DNA of 54,236 nt. It comes from a virus (lineage: Duplodnaviria > Caudoviricetes). Within the stretch, counting starts at the first letter, position 1. Every line of letters begins with the position of its first letter. The translations under genes were made by a program, and so were the position numbers. Below, one piece after another: positions 18,288 through 28,100 of this stretch. Below the pieces are notes generated by a model. That model did no database searches. It was given only the letters and a program-made list of their open reading frames with translations, and was not told where the DNA came from. Location of the stretch: IMG/VR virus record IMGVR_UViG_3300021962_000138, positions 1 to 54,236 of that record. One strand, 5' to 3'.

Positions 18288-18976
18288 TTATTGATAGTAG
18301 AGAAACACATGGCTCTAAATTAGTGGGGCTTGTAGAACAAGAAGCCCATAGATTAGCCATACCTTTTGAAAAAAGATGGCTAGAAGTTGGCGACTATGTA
18401 TTTGCCGATGTTTGTTTTGAAGCAAAATCATCCTTTGATTTTTTGAGTTCTGTAATAAGTAAAAGAATTTGGACTCAAATAGATAACATGGATAGGCACT
18501 ATAAAACCAATATTGTTATTATCTATGGTAAAATAGAAGAAGCAATAGAAATATTCAAAGAACATTCTAAGAGTAAAATTCCCGAACCTGCTAGAACTAT
18601 ATCTCTTACAAATAAATTTCTAGGAGCAATAGGTAAAATGATTTTAGATACAGATGTAAAACCCATTTGGGTATCTACTGAAAACGAAGCGAGTAAAATA
18701 ATTACTACTGTTTGTAAAATGCAACCAATAAATAGAGAAGTTATTCGCCCCGAAATATTCAAGAGAATAAGCACCGATGATTTGAGAATAGATGTTCTAA
18801 CTTCTATCAAAGGTGTATCTCTTAAAAAGGCCCAAAGTTTGCTAAAGCGATTCGGAAGTATTGCTGAAATTGGTCTATCTTCACAAGAAGAATTAGCAAA
18901 AATAGATGGTATCGGAAAAACCATAGCATCAAGAATACTTGATACTTTAATGTCCGAAAAGAAGGTGAAAATATGA
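18281..18976 (+). CDS. XPF/ERCC4 (Hef-like) nuclease with HhH motifs
   Basis: IIDSRE, LEVGDY, FEAKS..DF..S, IKGVS / IDGIG HhH pair. Confidence 0.92.
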   Translation: MLIIDSRETHGSKLVGLVEQEAHRLAIPFEKRWLEVGDYVFADVCFEAKSSFDFLSSVISKRIWTQIDNMDRHYKTNIVIIYGKIEEAIEIFKEHSKSKIPEPARTISLTNKFLGAIGKMILDTDVKPIWVSTENEASKIITTVCKMQPINREVIRPEIFKRISTDDLRIDVLTSIKGVSLKKAQSLLKRFGSIAEIGLSSQEELAKIDGIGKTIASRILDTLMSEKKVKI

Positions 18977-20475
18977 ATGAAGATATAGATTTATTTGAAG
19001 AAGATAAAAAAATAATCGGGTCAAAATTGCCCGAATTTGTAAATGAATGGATGATTGAGGCAACAAAGTTTTCTCAATATAATGAAGTTCCTGCCGCAAT
19101 ATCTTGTTTGGTGTTGATAGGTCAAGCAGTAAAAGACTTTGTTAAAATACCTAGAGGAAAAAGCATTGATGATTCAAGGCTACATTGGATTTGGATTCAA
19201 GATTCGGGAACAGGAAAGACCGCAATTATGGATTTCGTCATACCCGTTTCAAATATTCTTTGGGAAAAAATCAACGAATTAAACAACTATCGTCCAAATT
19301 ATATGATAGAAAATTTACAAAAGGAAGCCAATGAAGGTAATGAAATAGGAGAAGATTTGTTGGTCTTGCCTCTTGAAAGATATGACAATTTCGATGTAGT
19401 GGAATATACAGATGCCGCACTTTTAGGATATAATGAACCTTATACTGATGATGAAGGATTCACAAGATATAGACAATACAAAGGAGAAATAGATGGAAAC
19501 GGTTTGGCTCGTTGGGATGAATTCACAAATTCGGGAGTATTCAAACAAAGCCAACACAAAGAAAGTATTGTTACTTATCTCAATACTCTTTGTAATAGTT
19601 TAGGAGGTTCTTCATGGAAAATCACAAAGAAACTGAAAGAAGGGCCACTTTTAATATGTCTTTCTCAAAGGTCTATTTTGGCTACAACTTTCCCTCCCGA
19701 AAATTTAGAACATACAATTGTTGCTACGGGTTTATTTCAAAGGGCATTAATGACAGTTCGCCATGTTCCCGAAGAAATACAAGATAAAATTAGGGATAGT
19801 ATTGTTGATGCTTACGGAACAACAGAAGAAATTGACTTACCGATTGAGCGATTTGCTAGAGGTTTATTCAAAATCTATGAAACAACAAAAGAGCAATATG
19901 AAAATACTGCATCATTTACAGAAGATGGAAAACCCGACCCAACAAAAACAATAACTTTCTCTAAAGAATTTAACGATACTTTGCGGATGAGAAAGAATGA
20001 CATGAATGGTTGGTCGGACGCTACAGAAGGCAAAGTTAGAGAAATAGCCAAAAATTTTCAAACTAGATGGTTGGGTCTTTTGGGTAAAATCTCCGTCCTT
20101 TGTTGTATTGCCGAAGCAAATTCTATTCAAGACAGGGAAAAAAGGTTCATTGTGAATGGGAGAAATGTAAATCAAGCCGCTTTTATTGTTCGGAACTGTT
20201 ATAAATCATTGATAGAGTGGTTAGAACAAAGCCTAAAGGTGAGCCAAAAGGCCGCACTTAATCAAAATGATAACACAGTCGCATTCTTAAAATGCTATGA
20301 GAAACTAGACAAAGATGAGGAGGGGTATGTTTCTAAGACAATCCTATTAAGTGAAGTCATTAGAACAACAACTATCAAACAGGCTCAAGCCTATAATGTA
20401 TTTAGAAAGATAGCAAAACATTGGGAAGAGAAAAAAATAAACAAAACAGTATTTGTAAGACTAAAGAGGGAATGA
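18973..20475 (+). CDS. MCM-like AAA+ replicative helicase (divergent)
   Basis: QDSGTGKT, TDAALLG, WDEF, SILAT, LFQR; C-terminal wHTH-like region. Confidence 0.7.
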   Translation: MNEDIDLFEEDKKIIGSKLPEFVNEWMIEATKFSQYNEVPAAISCLVLIGQAVKDFVKIPRGKSIDDSRLHWIWIQDSGTGKTAIMDFVIPVSNILWEKINELNNYRPNYMIENLQKEANEGNEIGEDLLVLPLERYDNFDVVEYTDAALLGYNEPYTDDEGFTRYRQYKGEIDGNGLARWDEFTNSGVFKQSQHKESIVTYLNTLCNSLGGSSWKITKKLKEGPLLICLSQRSILATTFPPENLEHTIVATGLFQRALMTVRHVPEEIQDKIRDSIVDAYGTTEEIDLPIERFARGLFKIYETTKEQYENTASFTEDGKPDPTKTITFSKEFNDTLRMRKNDMNGWSDATEGKVREIAKNFQTRWLGLLGKISVLCCIAEANSIQDREKRFIVNGRNVNQAAFIVRNCYKSLIEWLEQSLKVSQKAALNQNDNTVAFLKCYEKLDKDEEGYVSKTILLSEVIRTTTIKQAQAYNVFRKIAKHWEEKKINKTVFVRLKRE

Positions 20476-20476
20476 A

Positions 20477-20716
20477 ATGAAATGGGAAAATCACTTTATA
20501 ATTTTTGATGTAACGAAAGGGCCAAAGGTAATTATCGAAGCCTTGAACACTTATGGAGAAGAGGGTTGGGAATGTTGCTCAATGCTTTCAGTAGCAAACA
20601 CAAACATTGTCGCTTTTTTAAAGCGTAGAACTGATAAAGATGCACCAACGGTTGATGAATTGACAAAGCAAATCACACAAGCATGGGAAACTCCCAAAGA
20701 AAATAATAAGAAGTGA
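20477..20716 (+). CDS. DUF4177-like small protein
   Basis: LNTYGEEGWE...FLKR. Confidence 0.65.
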   Translation: MKWENHFIIFDVTKGPKVIIEALNTYGEEGWECCSMLSVANTNIVAFLKRRTDKDAPTVDELTKQITQAWETPKENNKK

Positions 20717-21315
20717 TTATTATGTCGGTCTTAGCACTTGACATAGAAACAAAAAATATGTCAAACGAAATTGGCGGTTTTGCTAATACTCATATGTTTC
20801 AAGTTTCTACTGTTACTACATGGGATGGTGATATTGCTAAAATTTATGTTGATGAACCACTAGAAAAAATATCAAAATCTAACCATATTATCAAATCCCT
20901 TAAAGAATTAAAGTATGACTTAGATGAACACTTTCAAAAAGGGGGCTCTTTGTTAGGACACAATATTTTGGCTTTTGATATGGCCGTCTTAAAAAATGCT
21001 ATGGATATTTATTGCATTAACAAATACATAAGTGAAAATCGCTATATTGATACTAGTAAAGAGTTAGTAAAGAGTCATGGAGAAAGATTTAGGCTTGAGA
21101 ATTTAGTCCATCATACTCTTAATGAATCTAAATTGATGGATGGTGCAGATGCTCCTAAGTTATGGAAACAAGGAGAATATGATAGAGTAGTAGAATACTG
21201 CTTAAAAGATACACAACTCGTTTATGATTTGTGGAAATACGGTCAAGAGAATGGTTTGGTAAAAGCATTCTCAATAGAAAAGGAAGAATATGTAGAATTG
21301 GAGGTTGATTGGTAA
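20713..21315 (+). CDS. DEDD/RNase H-fold 3'-5' exonuclease
   Basis: LDIET, GHNILAFD, YID, YCLKD. Confidence 0.88.
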   Translation: MIIMSVLALDIETKNMSNEIGGFANTHMFQVSTVTTWDGDIAKIYVDEPLEKISKSNHIIKSLKELKYDLDEHFQKGGSLLGHNILAFDMAVLKNAMDIYCINKYISENRYIDTSKELVKSHGERFRLENLVHHTLNESKLMDGADAPKLWKQGEYDRVVEYCLKDTQLVYDLWKYGQENGLVKAFSIEKEEYVELEVDW

Positions 21316-21467
21316 TGACAGGTTGGGAATGGTTTTGGCTAATTATCTTTCTAGTAACAATTACTCTTCTATTCTTTGCCGCTTTTGGTGGGTCAAATTT
21401 GACCGAACAAAGTGTTGAAGAATATATGGGTAGATTGATGAAAGAAAGTAATGCTGAAAGAAAATGA
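21315..21467 (+). CDS. 50-aa membrane protein
   Basis: MTGWEWFWLIIFLVTITLLFFAAFGG...; TAATG coupling. Confidence 0.55.
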   Translation: MTGWEWFWLIIFLVTITLLFFAAFGGSNLTEQSVEEYMGRLMKESNAERK

Positions 21468-21595
21468 CACTAAGACAAGAATGTAAGTATTGTAATGCTT
21501 TAACCGTAGCATTACGAATACAAGGATATTACATTGGTTCTAATACCAAAGTTAAACTTTGGGAATGTAGAAAGTGTGGCGGTATTTGGAAATAA
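21464..21595 (+). CDS. 43-aa Zn-ribbon protein
   Basis: ECKYC...WECRKCGGIW. Confidence 0.6.
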   Translation: MTLRQECKYCNALTVALRIQGYYIGSNTKVKLWECRKCGGIWK

Positions 21596-21648
21596 AAAAG
21601 GGGAGGTCGAATTCTTAGGGAGTTCGGCCTCCCCGAATTTTTTTATTT
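21594..21648 (+). terminator. GC-rich hairpin terminator at the convergence of both arms
   Basis: GGGGAGGTCGAATTC-TTAGG-GAGTTCGGCCTCCCC (15 bp, 2 G-U pairs), T tract downstream and A tract upstream. Confidence 0.75.
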
Positions 21649-21681
21649 AAGGACTAAGTAAGTAAATACTTACCTAACGCT

Positions 21682-22671
21682 TTATTTTCTTCTAAACTCA
21701 ATAACGGGGCAAGTATTTACTGTAACCGATACCCCGTCATATCCATCAACACCATTTATGTATTGAGGACTTGGAGTATTTGCTATTTCCGAATTCTTCG
21801 TTACTCCCCAAAGAGTAATTGCATATAATTTAGTTCCATCATCATTCCATGAAATACCACTTAACCATGCCGTAGCATCACTTGAAGATTGAGAAGGTGA
21901 AGTGTTTCTATTACCAAAATAACTTCTTAAATCAATTGTTTTAACTAAAGTCCATGTGCTTGCAGTATTAAATGCACTTGACAAAGTATATTCATGGATA
22001 TAGCCCGAATGTTGAGAAAGCCATATTCTTGTTCCATCACTATTGAAAAGAATATCACTAAGAGCAGTAAAAGAAAGTGTTTTAGAAGTTCCTTCTGTAT
22101 CACCACTTGAAGTTTCCCATGCAGTAGAAGTCGTGAATTGTCGCAACTGATTAGCATAGCCAAGAAAATATTTAGTTCCATCATTATTCCATGAAACTGC
22201 CCGAATACCCGTTGTAGAAAGATTTTTACTACCTGTTAAACTAAGTGTGCTTAAGTCAAAAGGTGTTGATAATTCAGCACTTTGCACACCTCCCCCGTTG
22301 AAATCTGTTATTATCATATTAGTTCCTGTGGGGTCAAGGTCAAAACCATCACAACTGTTGAATGTAACATCACTAAACCCAATTGTAAAAGATTCTGTTG
22401 GGTGTTTTATCCCCGTAGTGTTCAAAATATCCAACTTAGCAAAATATATGTTATCTGTATCATAATCATTAGCATTACCACGATTAGAGATATACATATC
22501 ATCTCCTATAACTCTTAATCCTGTAAGCCAAGTCATAGTATTGCTAATAACTTCAAAGTTTCGACCAAAGGGTTGATTTCCATTTGTTATGTGAAATGTT
22601 TCTATATTGGTTAAATTATATTTTTTATCATTGTCATATTTTTGACAACAACCCGAAGCACCCGCCAACAT
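21682..22671 (-). CDS. beta-propeller virion/receptor-binding protein
   Basis: Repeats WNNDGTKY / FNSDGTRI / WNDDGTKL and LSTPFDLST / LSSAFNTAST; start at MLAGASG after GGGTGA. Confidence 0.7.
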   Translation of the reverse strand: MLAGASGCCQKYDNDKKYNLTNIETFHITNGNQPFGRNFEVISNTMTWLTGLRVIGDDMYISNRGNANDYDTDNIYFAKLDILNTTGIKHPTESFTIGFSDVTFNSCDGFDLDPTGTNMIITDFNGGGVQSAELSTPFDLSTLSLTGSKNLSTTGIRAVSWNNDGTKYFLGYANQLRQFTTSTAWETSSGDTEGTSKTLSFTALSDILFNSDGTRIWLSQHSGYIHEYTLSSAFNTASTWTLVKTIDLRSYFGNRNTSPSQSSSDATAWLSGISWNDDGTKLYAITLWGVTKNSEIANTPSPQYINGVDGYDGVSVTVNTCPVIEFRRK

Positions 22672-22676
22672 TTTAA

Positions 22677-24740
22677 TCACCCAATTACAAACCATGTATT
22701 AGAGGCTACACAAATAATCGTAACTGCCGCACCATCGGAAACAGAAGTAGTTCCAATAAGTGTATCTCCTGCGTCTTTAGAAATAGTAATAGAACTACCA
22801 CTATTATTCATTAGAACATAATATTCCCCAACATAAGAATCATTAGGAACTGTAAATGTAGCAGTTTCTCCACTTGCTCTATAAAAATAATTTCCCGATT
22901 CTGCGGCAGAAGAAGAAGGAGAATCATTTCCTGTTTCGATAATAACTCTATCTTGAATTGCTTCTCTATGTTGAGTAACAGAAGATTCAGTAATATTTGC
23001 ATCGGGAACATTAGCCCAAGTTACAGAAGCCGTTAAATCATTGACTTCCGCCCCTCCTGTATCAGTATCTAAAATATACCATCCTGTTACTAATGGAGAA
23101 ACTGCATCAGTTAGGGCTTGTAAAGTAATACTTTCATATGTATCTAATGAAATAATATTTGGTGAAGAAATTCTTGAATCTGTTATTTGGCCATTATCAA
23201 TAACATCACCAGCAAAAGGACTAATAATTAAAGGAGTTGTATTTACATTTTTAATGTTTAATACTATTCCGTCATTTGTTGCGGCAGAAGGTAAAGTAAT
23301 TGTGTTTGAAGGTTCATTAACATAATGAACATATTCATCAATTGTTGGATTAGCAGGGCTAAAATTAGCAGTTGTAGAACCAACTTTAGAAAGATTCATT
23401 ATTCCTGTATTAGTAAAACCCCCTACTATAATACTATTCGCAGTATTATTTCCTCTAGTTGTTACAGAATCTAAAGTAGAAATACTTGCTATATCAACTG
23501 TTGAACCTGCTCCATTATCAATAATAGAAATATCATTTCCTGCATTTATCTGCCTAGCGTTAGTAATAGACGAAGCATTAGTGGTAACAAAACCATCATT
23601 AGTTACATTGTTTTCTCTACCCGAACCTTGAACAAGAATTTTAGCCGTTCCCGAAGAACCCGCAGTAAATGAACTAAGATGAATTATTCTTCCTATATTT
23701 TGCACAATATCTGTTGTAGCAGTAGGGCGAACATTTGTCATTTTACCTATATTTGCAGAAAGATAAATAATATCTCCTTCGGAGTATGAACCCGCATCAA
23801 ATAATGTTGCAGAAATATCTCCACTTAGCCCATTAACAATTACTTTACCATTCCCACCCGCAGAAATAGTAGAATAAACTAGGCCGATTGCAGGGTGTTT
23901 ATTAGAAGAATTTGTTGCGTCTGCTTTATCAACAGTTATTTTTCCCGAACCAAACCCTGTTGGATAAACGGGTGTTCCTGTATCAAGTCCTGCTCCCCCT
24001 CCATCTGTTATACTTTTTACTATTGTTGTTTCGGAATAGCCATTAGGAGTTTCAAAATTACCATTAGATACTACTACATCTCCTGTTGTAATATCTATTT
24101 TTCCTGTTCCCGCAGGAGTAAATTTGATGTCTGTATTAGACGCTCCCGTAAAAGTTACATCTGTTCCATCACTAGTAATAGACATTTGTTCCGAATAAAC
24201 AGTAGGAGTTCCTTGACCAATGCTTAAACTATTTTCTGTTTTATCTGTTGTTAAAAATTGAATAAATCTTGAAGTGGTTGTTTCTCCATAGGATAAACGA
24301 ATAACTGCAATAGGAATATCCCCGCTTGATAAATTTGGAACAACATCTTTTGTATCTCTATGTCCATTATCTCTAATTGCTAGAGCATTTCCACTTGTAA
24401 CTACTAAAAGATAATAGGCACTACCACTAGAAGTAGGCTCATCGAATGTCGAAGGGGTTCCTTGAGTAAAATTAACGCCCGTAACAGTAGCCATTAACTT
24501 TCCATCCCGTAATACTTGACCATTAGCAACGGCAAATTGTGTATTTCCGCTAGAATCACTTTGCGTAATATCAAAATTATTACCGTCAAGTATAGCATAA
24601 CTGCCTTTGCTAGCCATATTTAACGCATGAAATAATGCACTATGAGGGTGGTCTGTTCCATCTCTTAATCCGCTTAAAGTTGGGTCAGTTCCTAATCTGC
24701 TAAATCCTCCATCGTTATTACTTGCCGTCATATTACTCAA
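22677..24740 (-). CDS. tail fibre protein
   Basis: G/S/T-rich modular protein at the end of the tail module; TITLP...KN..TPLII..GD.ID fibre-type domains. Confidence 0.75.
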   Translation of the reverse strand: MSNMTASNNDGGFSRLGTDPTLSGLRDGTDHPHSALFHALNMASKGSYAILDGNNFDITQSDSSGNTQFAVANGQVLRDGKLMATVTGVNFTQGTPSTFDEPTSSGSAYYLLVVTSGNALAIRDNGHRDTKDVVPNLSSGDIPIAVIRLSYGETTTSRFIQFLTTDKTENSLSIGQGTPTVYSEQMSITSDGTDVTFTGASNTDIKFTPAGTGKIDITTGDVVVSNGNFETPNGYSETTIVKSITDGGGAGLDTGTPVYPTGFGSGKITVDKADATNSSNKHPAIGLVYSTISAGGNGKVIVNGLSGDISATLFDAGSYSEGDIIYLSANIGKMTNVRPTATTDIVQNIGRIIHLSSFTAGSSGTAKILVQGSGRENNVTNDGFVTTNASSITNARQINAGNDISIIDNGAGSTVDIASISTLDSVTTRGNNTANSIIVGGFTNTGIMNLSKVGSTTANFSPANPTIDEYVHYVNEPSNTITLPSAATNDGIVLNIKNVNTTPLIISPFAGDVIDNGQITDSRISSPNIISLDTYESITLQALTDAVSPLVTGWYILDTDTGGAEVNDLTASVTWANVPDANITESSVTQHREAIQDRVIIETGNDSPSSSAAESGNYFYRASGETATFTVPNDSYVGEYYVLMNNSGSSITISKDAGDTLIGTTSVSDGAAVTIICVASNTWFVIG

Positions 24741-25104
24741 CCTCCAATACTACATAAAAATCCAAATCACCCGATGAAAAGGGGCCTATACCATCAAAAT
24801 TTAAACGGGTTAGCATTTTGTCATAATCGGAAATAGGATTACCAAAAGAATCAGTATATGCTTGATTGAAAATACCAATTTCTCGAATAACTAGACCCGA
24901 TATAGAAGCACCTGTAATAGTAAATTTTAGTTCGATTACATTTACATCGGATAAAGAATTTGTCGTTGAAGAAACATTTACAACGGGAACATCAAGATTG
25001 GTAGAAGTAGGACTAGAACTATTACCTCCCAAACCTACTCTAGCCTTTGTGAAAGTTTTTTTGATAAAATCAACTACTGCTTCTCTTCCGCTATCAACTA
25101 TCAT
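24733..25104 (-). CDS. small tail-tip/fibre-attachment protein
   Basis: IVDSGR..G.G....T.L..IREIGIF pattern of phage fibre N-terminal domains. Confidence 0.6.
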   Translation of the reverse strand: MIVDSGREAVVDFIKKTFTKARVGLGGNSSSPTSTNLDVPVVNVSSTTNSLSDVNVIELKFTITGASISGLVIREIGIFNQAYTDSFGNPISDYDKMLTRLNFDGIGPFSSGDLDFYVVLEVE

Positions 25105-28100
25105 AACTCTTGTTCCACCTGTATTGTTTCTGTTGTTGTTCCACCTGTGCCGAATCCCATAGGAATAGAGAACCCTATTGTTCCCACGAAACCAATAGTA
25201 AATGAACCTGCCCCTGTTGTAGTTCTACTCTTGACAAGTAATTTTCTTTCTCGGATATTAAATTTAGTCAAGAAAGTATTTTCTTCTACATTTTCTAAAT
25301 TATTAGGTCTAATTGCGGCTTTGGTTTGCTTTGCGTCTATTAAAATTTCAGCCAATCTATCTTCTAAACCTTTTGAAAATCTACCCAATTCTAATCTCAT
25401 AAAACCATCTAAGGAATGTTCAATTTGTAAAATTAAATATTTATCCATTTGAACATTTTCTCTTTTTAATTCTAAATAGATAATATCTCCTGCTTGTATT
25501 TGTGATAAATTACGGTGTCCGATTTCTAAAATAATTTTTTGATTAAGAGAAGAATGTAATCGTAATAATTCTATTGCTTTTTTATCGGCTTCATTTTGAG
25601 TAAGAATATTATTATTTTGTATTTCTAAAGTTTTTTTGCCTTGTTTTTTTATTGAATTCAAATCCCTTTTTTTAGAAATATGAGTTCTTCCATAAACAAT
25701 AACTTCATTATAATAATCAAATAAAACATCCGATTTTTCAAAATCTCTTATTTGATATTTATTTGTCATATCACTAATTTTTATTCGGGGATTCAATCTA
25801 TCACTATCTTTATCTAAAATTTTAAATTTAGAATCTTCATAAATTAAAGCCTTATCTTTTCTTTCAAGCAAATAATTCACCGCAGAAAATAAATCTGTGC
25901 TTTTAAAGTTAGGTGTAGCAAATACGGGATATTCTTCTGCATCTTGGGTAAATTCTAAATCATTTTTTTCCATTAGGCTATTTACTAAATAGTCTGTTTC
26001 CTTACCTATCGAAACAACTGAACCAATAAGGGCTCTTTTAGGCGTTCCTTGTATTGTTTTGTTTGTTGTAATTGTAAATGGTTCGGATAAAGAAACAACA
26101 CCATGTAGTTCTTTCATTTCGTCAAATGTAATAACAGAACCTTCTTTACCATTAAAAGCATAATTTCCTATAAAATTTAATTGCATTGATGTTTTAAAAG
26201 AGGTATTTCCATCCGAAAGACAAACCACAAACGGTTTATCCCATTCCGCATTTGTAAAATCTCTTAAAACATATGAAGCCGCAGTATGTGTTCTAGGAAC
26301 AAGTTCAGCCCTACCAATACCACTAAGAGTTTGACAATCTAAATCCACTAAAACATACATAGAAAGAATGGCTTCGTTATGTCCGTGATTTTTTTCATGG
26401 GGAAGAGTAGCAGGGCTTCTTGTGGAACCTGTATAAAATCTAGTTCCCGAACCCTTTTGGTGATAGTCATTAATAGAATCATATGTTTCATCTTCAAACA
26501 CCTTTTTTGTATATTCGGAAGATAGCGTATTCAATTTAATATTTTTAGGAGTAAATTCATAAAAAGCAGTTTCATTAGGTTGCATTATTCTATAAAATTG
26601 ATTTGTTAATTGTTTATCTGTAACTATAATATGAGTTCTAGTCGAATTAGAGGTATCTATTTCATGGGAAATAACATAGGAAATAATATCGGGAACCATA
26701 TTATTTATGCCGTTAGCAGAATGATGAGTAGAACTAGAAAGAACCAAAGAAGAGTTATCTATTTGAATACCTGTTTCAAATTCTCTACCGCTTTCGGAAA
26801 CCAAATAAGTTCCTGTTAAATCAGATATAAAATCTAAATATTCGTCAGTTATAGAATATTTATAGATGGTAGTATTATTTATTGAAGTTATAGTGTCTTC
26901 AATTACATTTGAACCTGTTTCTCCTACATCAATTCTTAATCTTATTTTATTAACATACAATATTCCACTAGCAAGGTCTGTTCCCGTAGTTGTTGTTGCA
27001 GTTAAAGAACTTGCATATTGTAAAAAATTAGTTTCAGTAGATTTGAATAATAAAAGGGTTTGTGAAGAAACAAATTTTCTTAAAGCAATATTATACATCG
27101 GAGAAGAGTTAGTTCCCTTTGATATTTCGGAAGTAGAATTTTCAATATTAAAAACATCTAAAGCAGTAAAATGCAAAACATTATCCATAAAACTACTTGA
27201 ATAAACAGATGATGAATAATCAAAGGTATCGAATTTTTTCAACAATAATGAAGAATGATGAACTAAAGAACCTAAAGTGCTACCGCTTCCAAAAAAAGCA
27301 ATCACACTACCTGTATGTTTTATTGAAAAAGGTAGAGTTAAATTTCCTTTGAGGGCTACTCCTGTTGGTTGAAGGGCGGCCCCATGATAAGTCGTCCATT
27401 CCGAAGAATCAAAAGAATTATTAAAAAATGCACTTTTTAAAGGATGAATATTTTCATCAAAAGTTACAAAACTTTCTGTTTCTCCATGTCCTCTTATTCC
27501 TACTTGTTTTTCTTCTGCTTTGTATAATACTCCTGTATATTCTGCTCCATTGTTGGTAGGAATAGGATTAGCAGTTAAAGAAATAATAGAAACGAGACTA
27601 TGAATTCCATTTACAACACCTATTAAATTGCCTTCACTATCAACTAATAAATCCCCATCACTAAGGGTTACATTTCCACTTAATGTTATTTGGCTAGAAC
27701 CATAACTGCTAACTGTTTCAATTAAAGAAGTAATATTATGATACTTATAATTAAAATTTTGAATTGTTTCTTTTTTAGAAGGGATTTTTTCGGGGTTGAT
27801 TTGATTCATAAAACAATCAAATGTAACTTCTGTCAATCTCATTATTCCTGTTCTTACTAATTGACTAATATCTTTATCTACTTCACTAATAGGAGCAGAA
27901 TCATAATCACTATCTAGATATTTTTTGGCCTTTCCTCCTCCTAAATGAGAAGATTGAATATCGGAATAATCATCTAAAGAAGGTTGATTTAATAATAATA
28001 AATTGTAATTTTTTAAATCATCTGTTGAAGAAACTAAACTCATTAAACTGTCGCTTCTTCTACTTGAATAAGGTAATCTATCTGCATTAGCAAATAAAAA

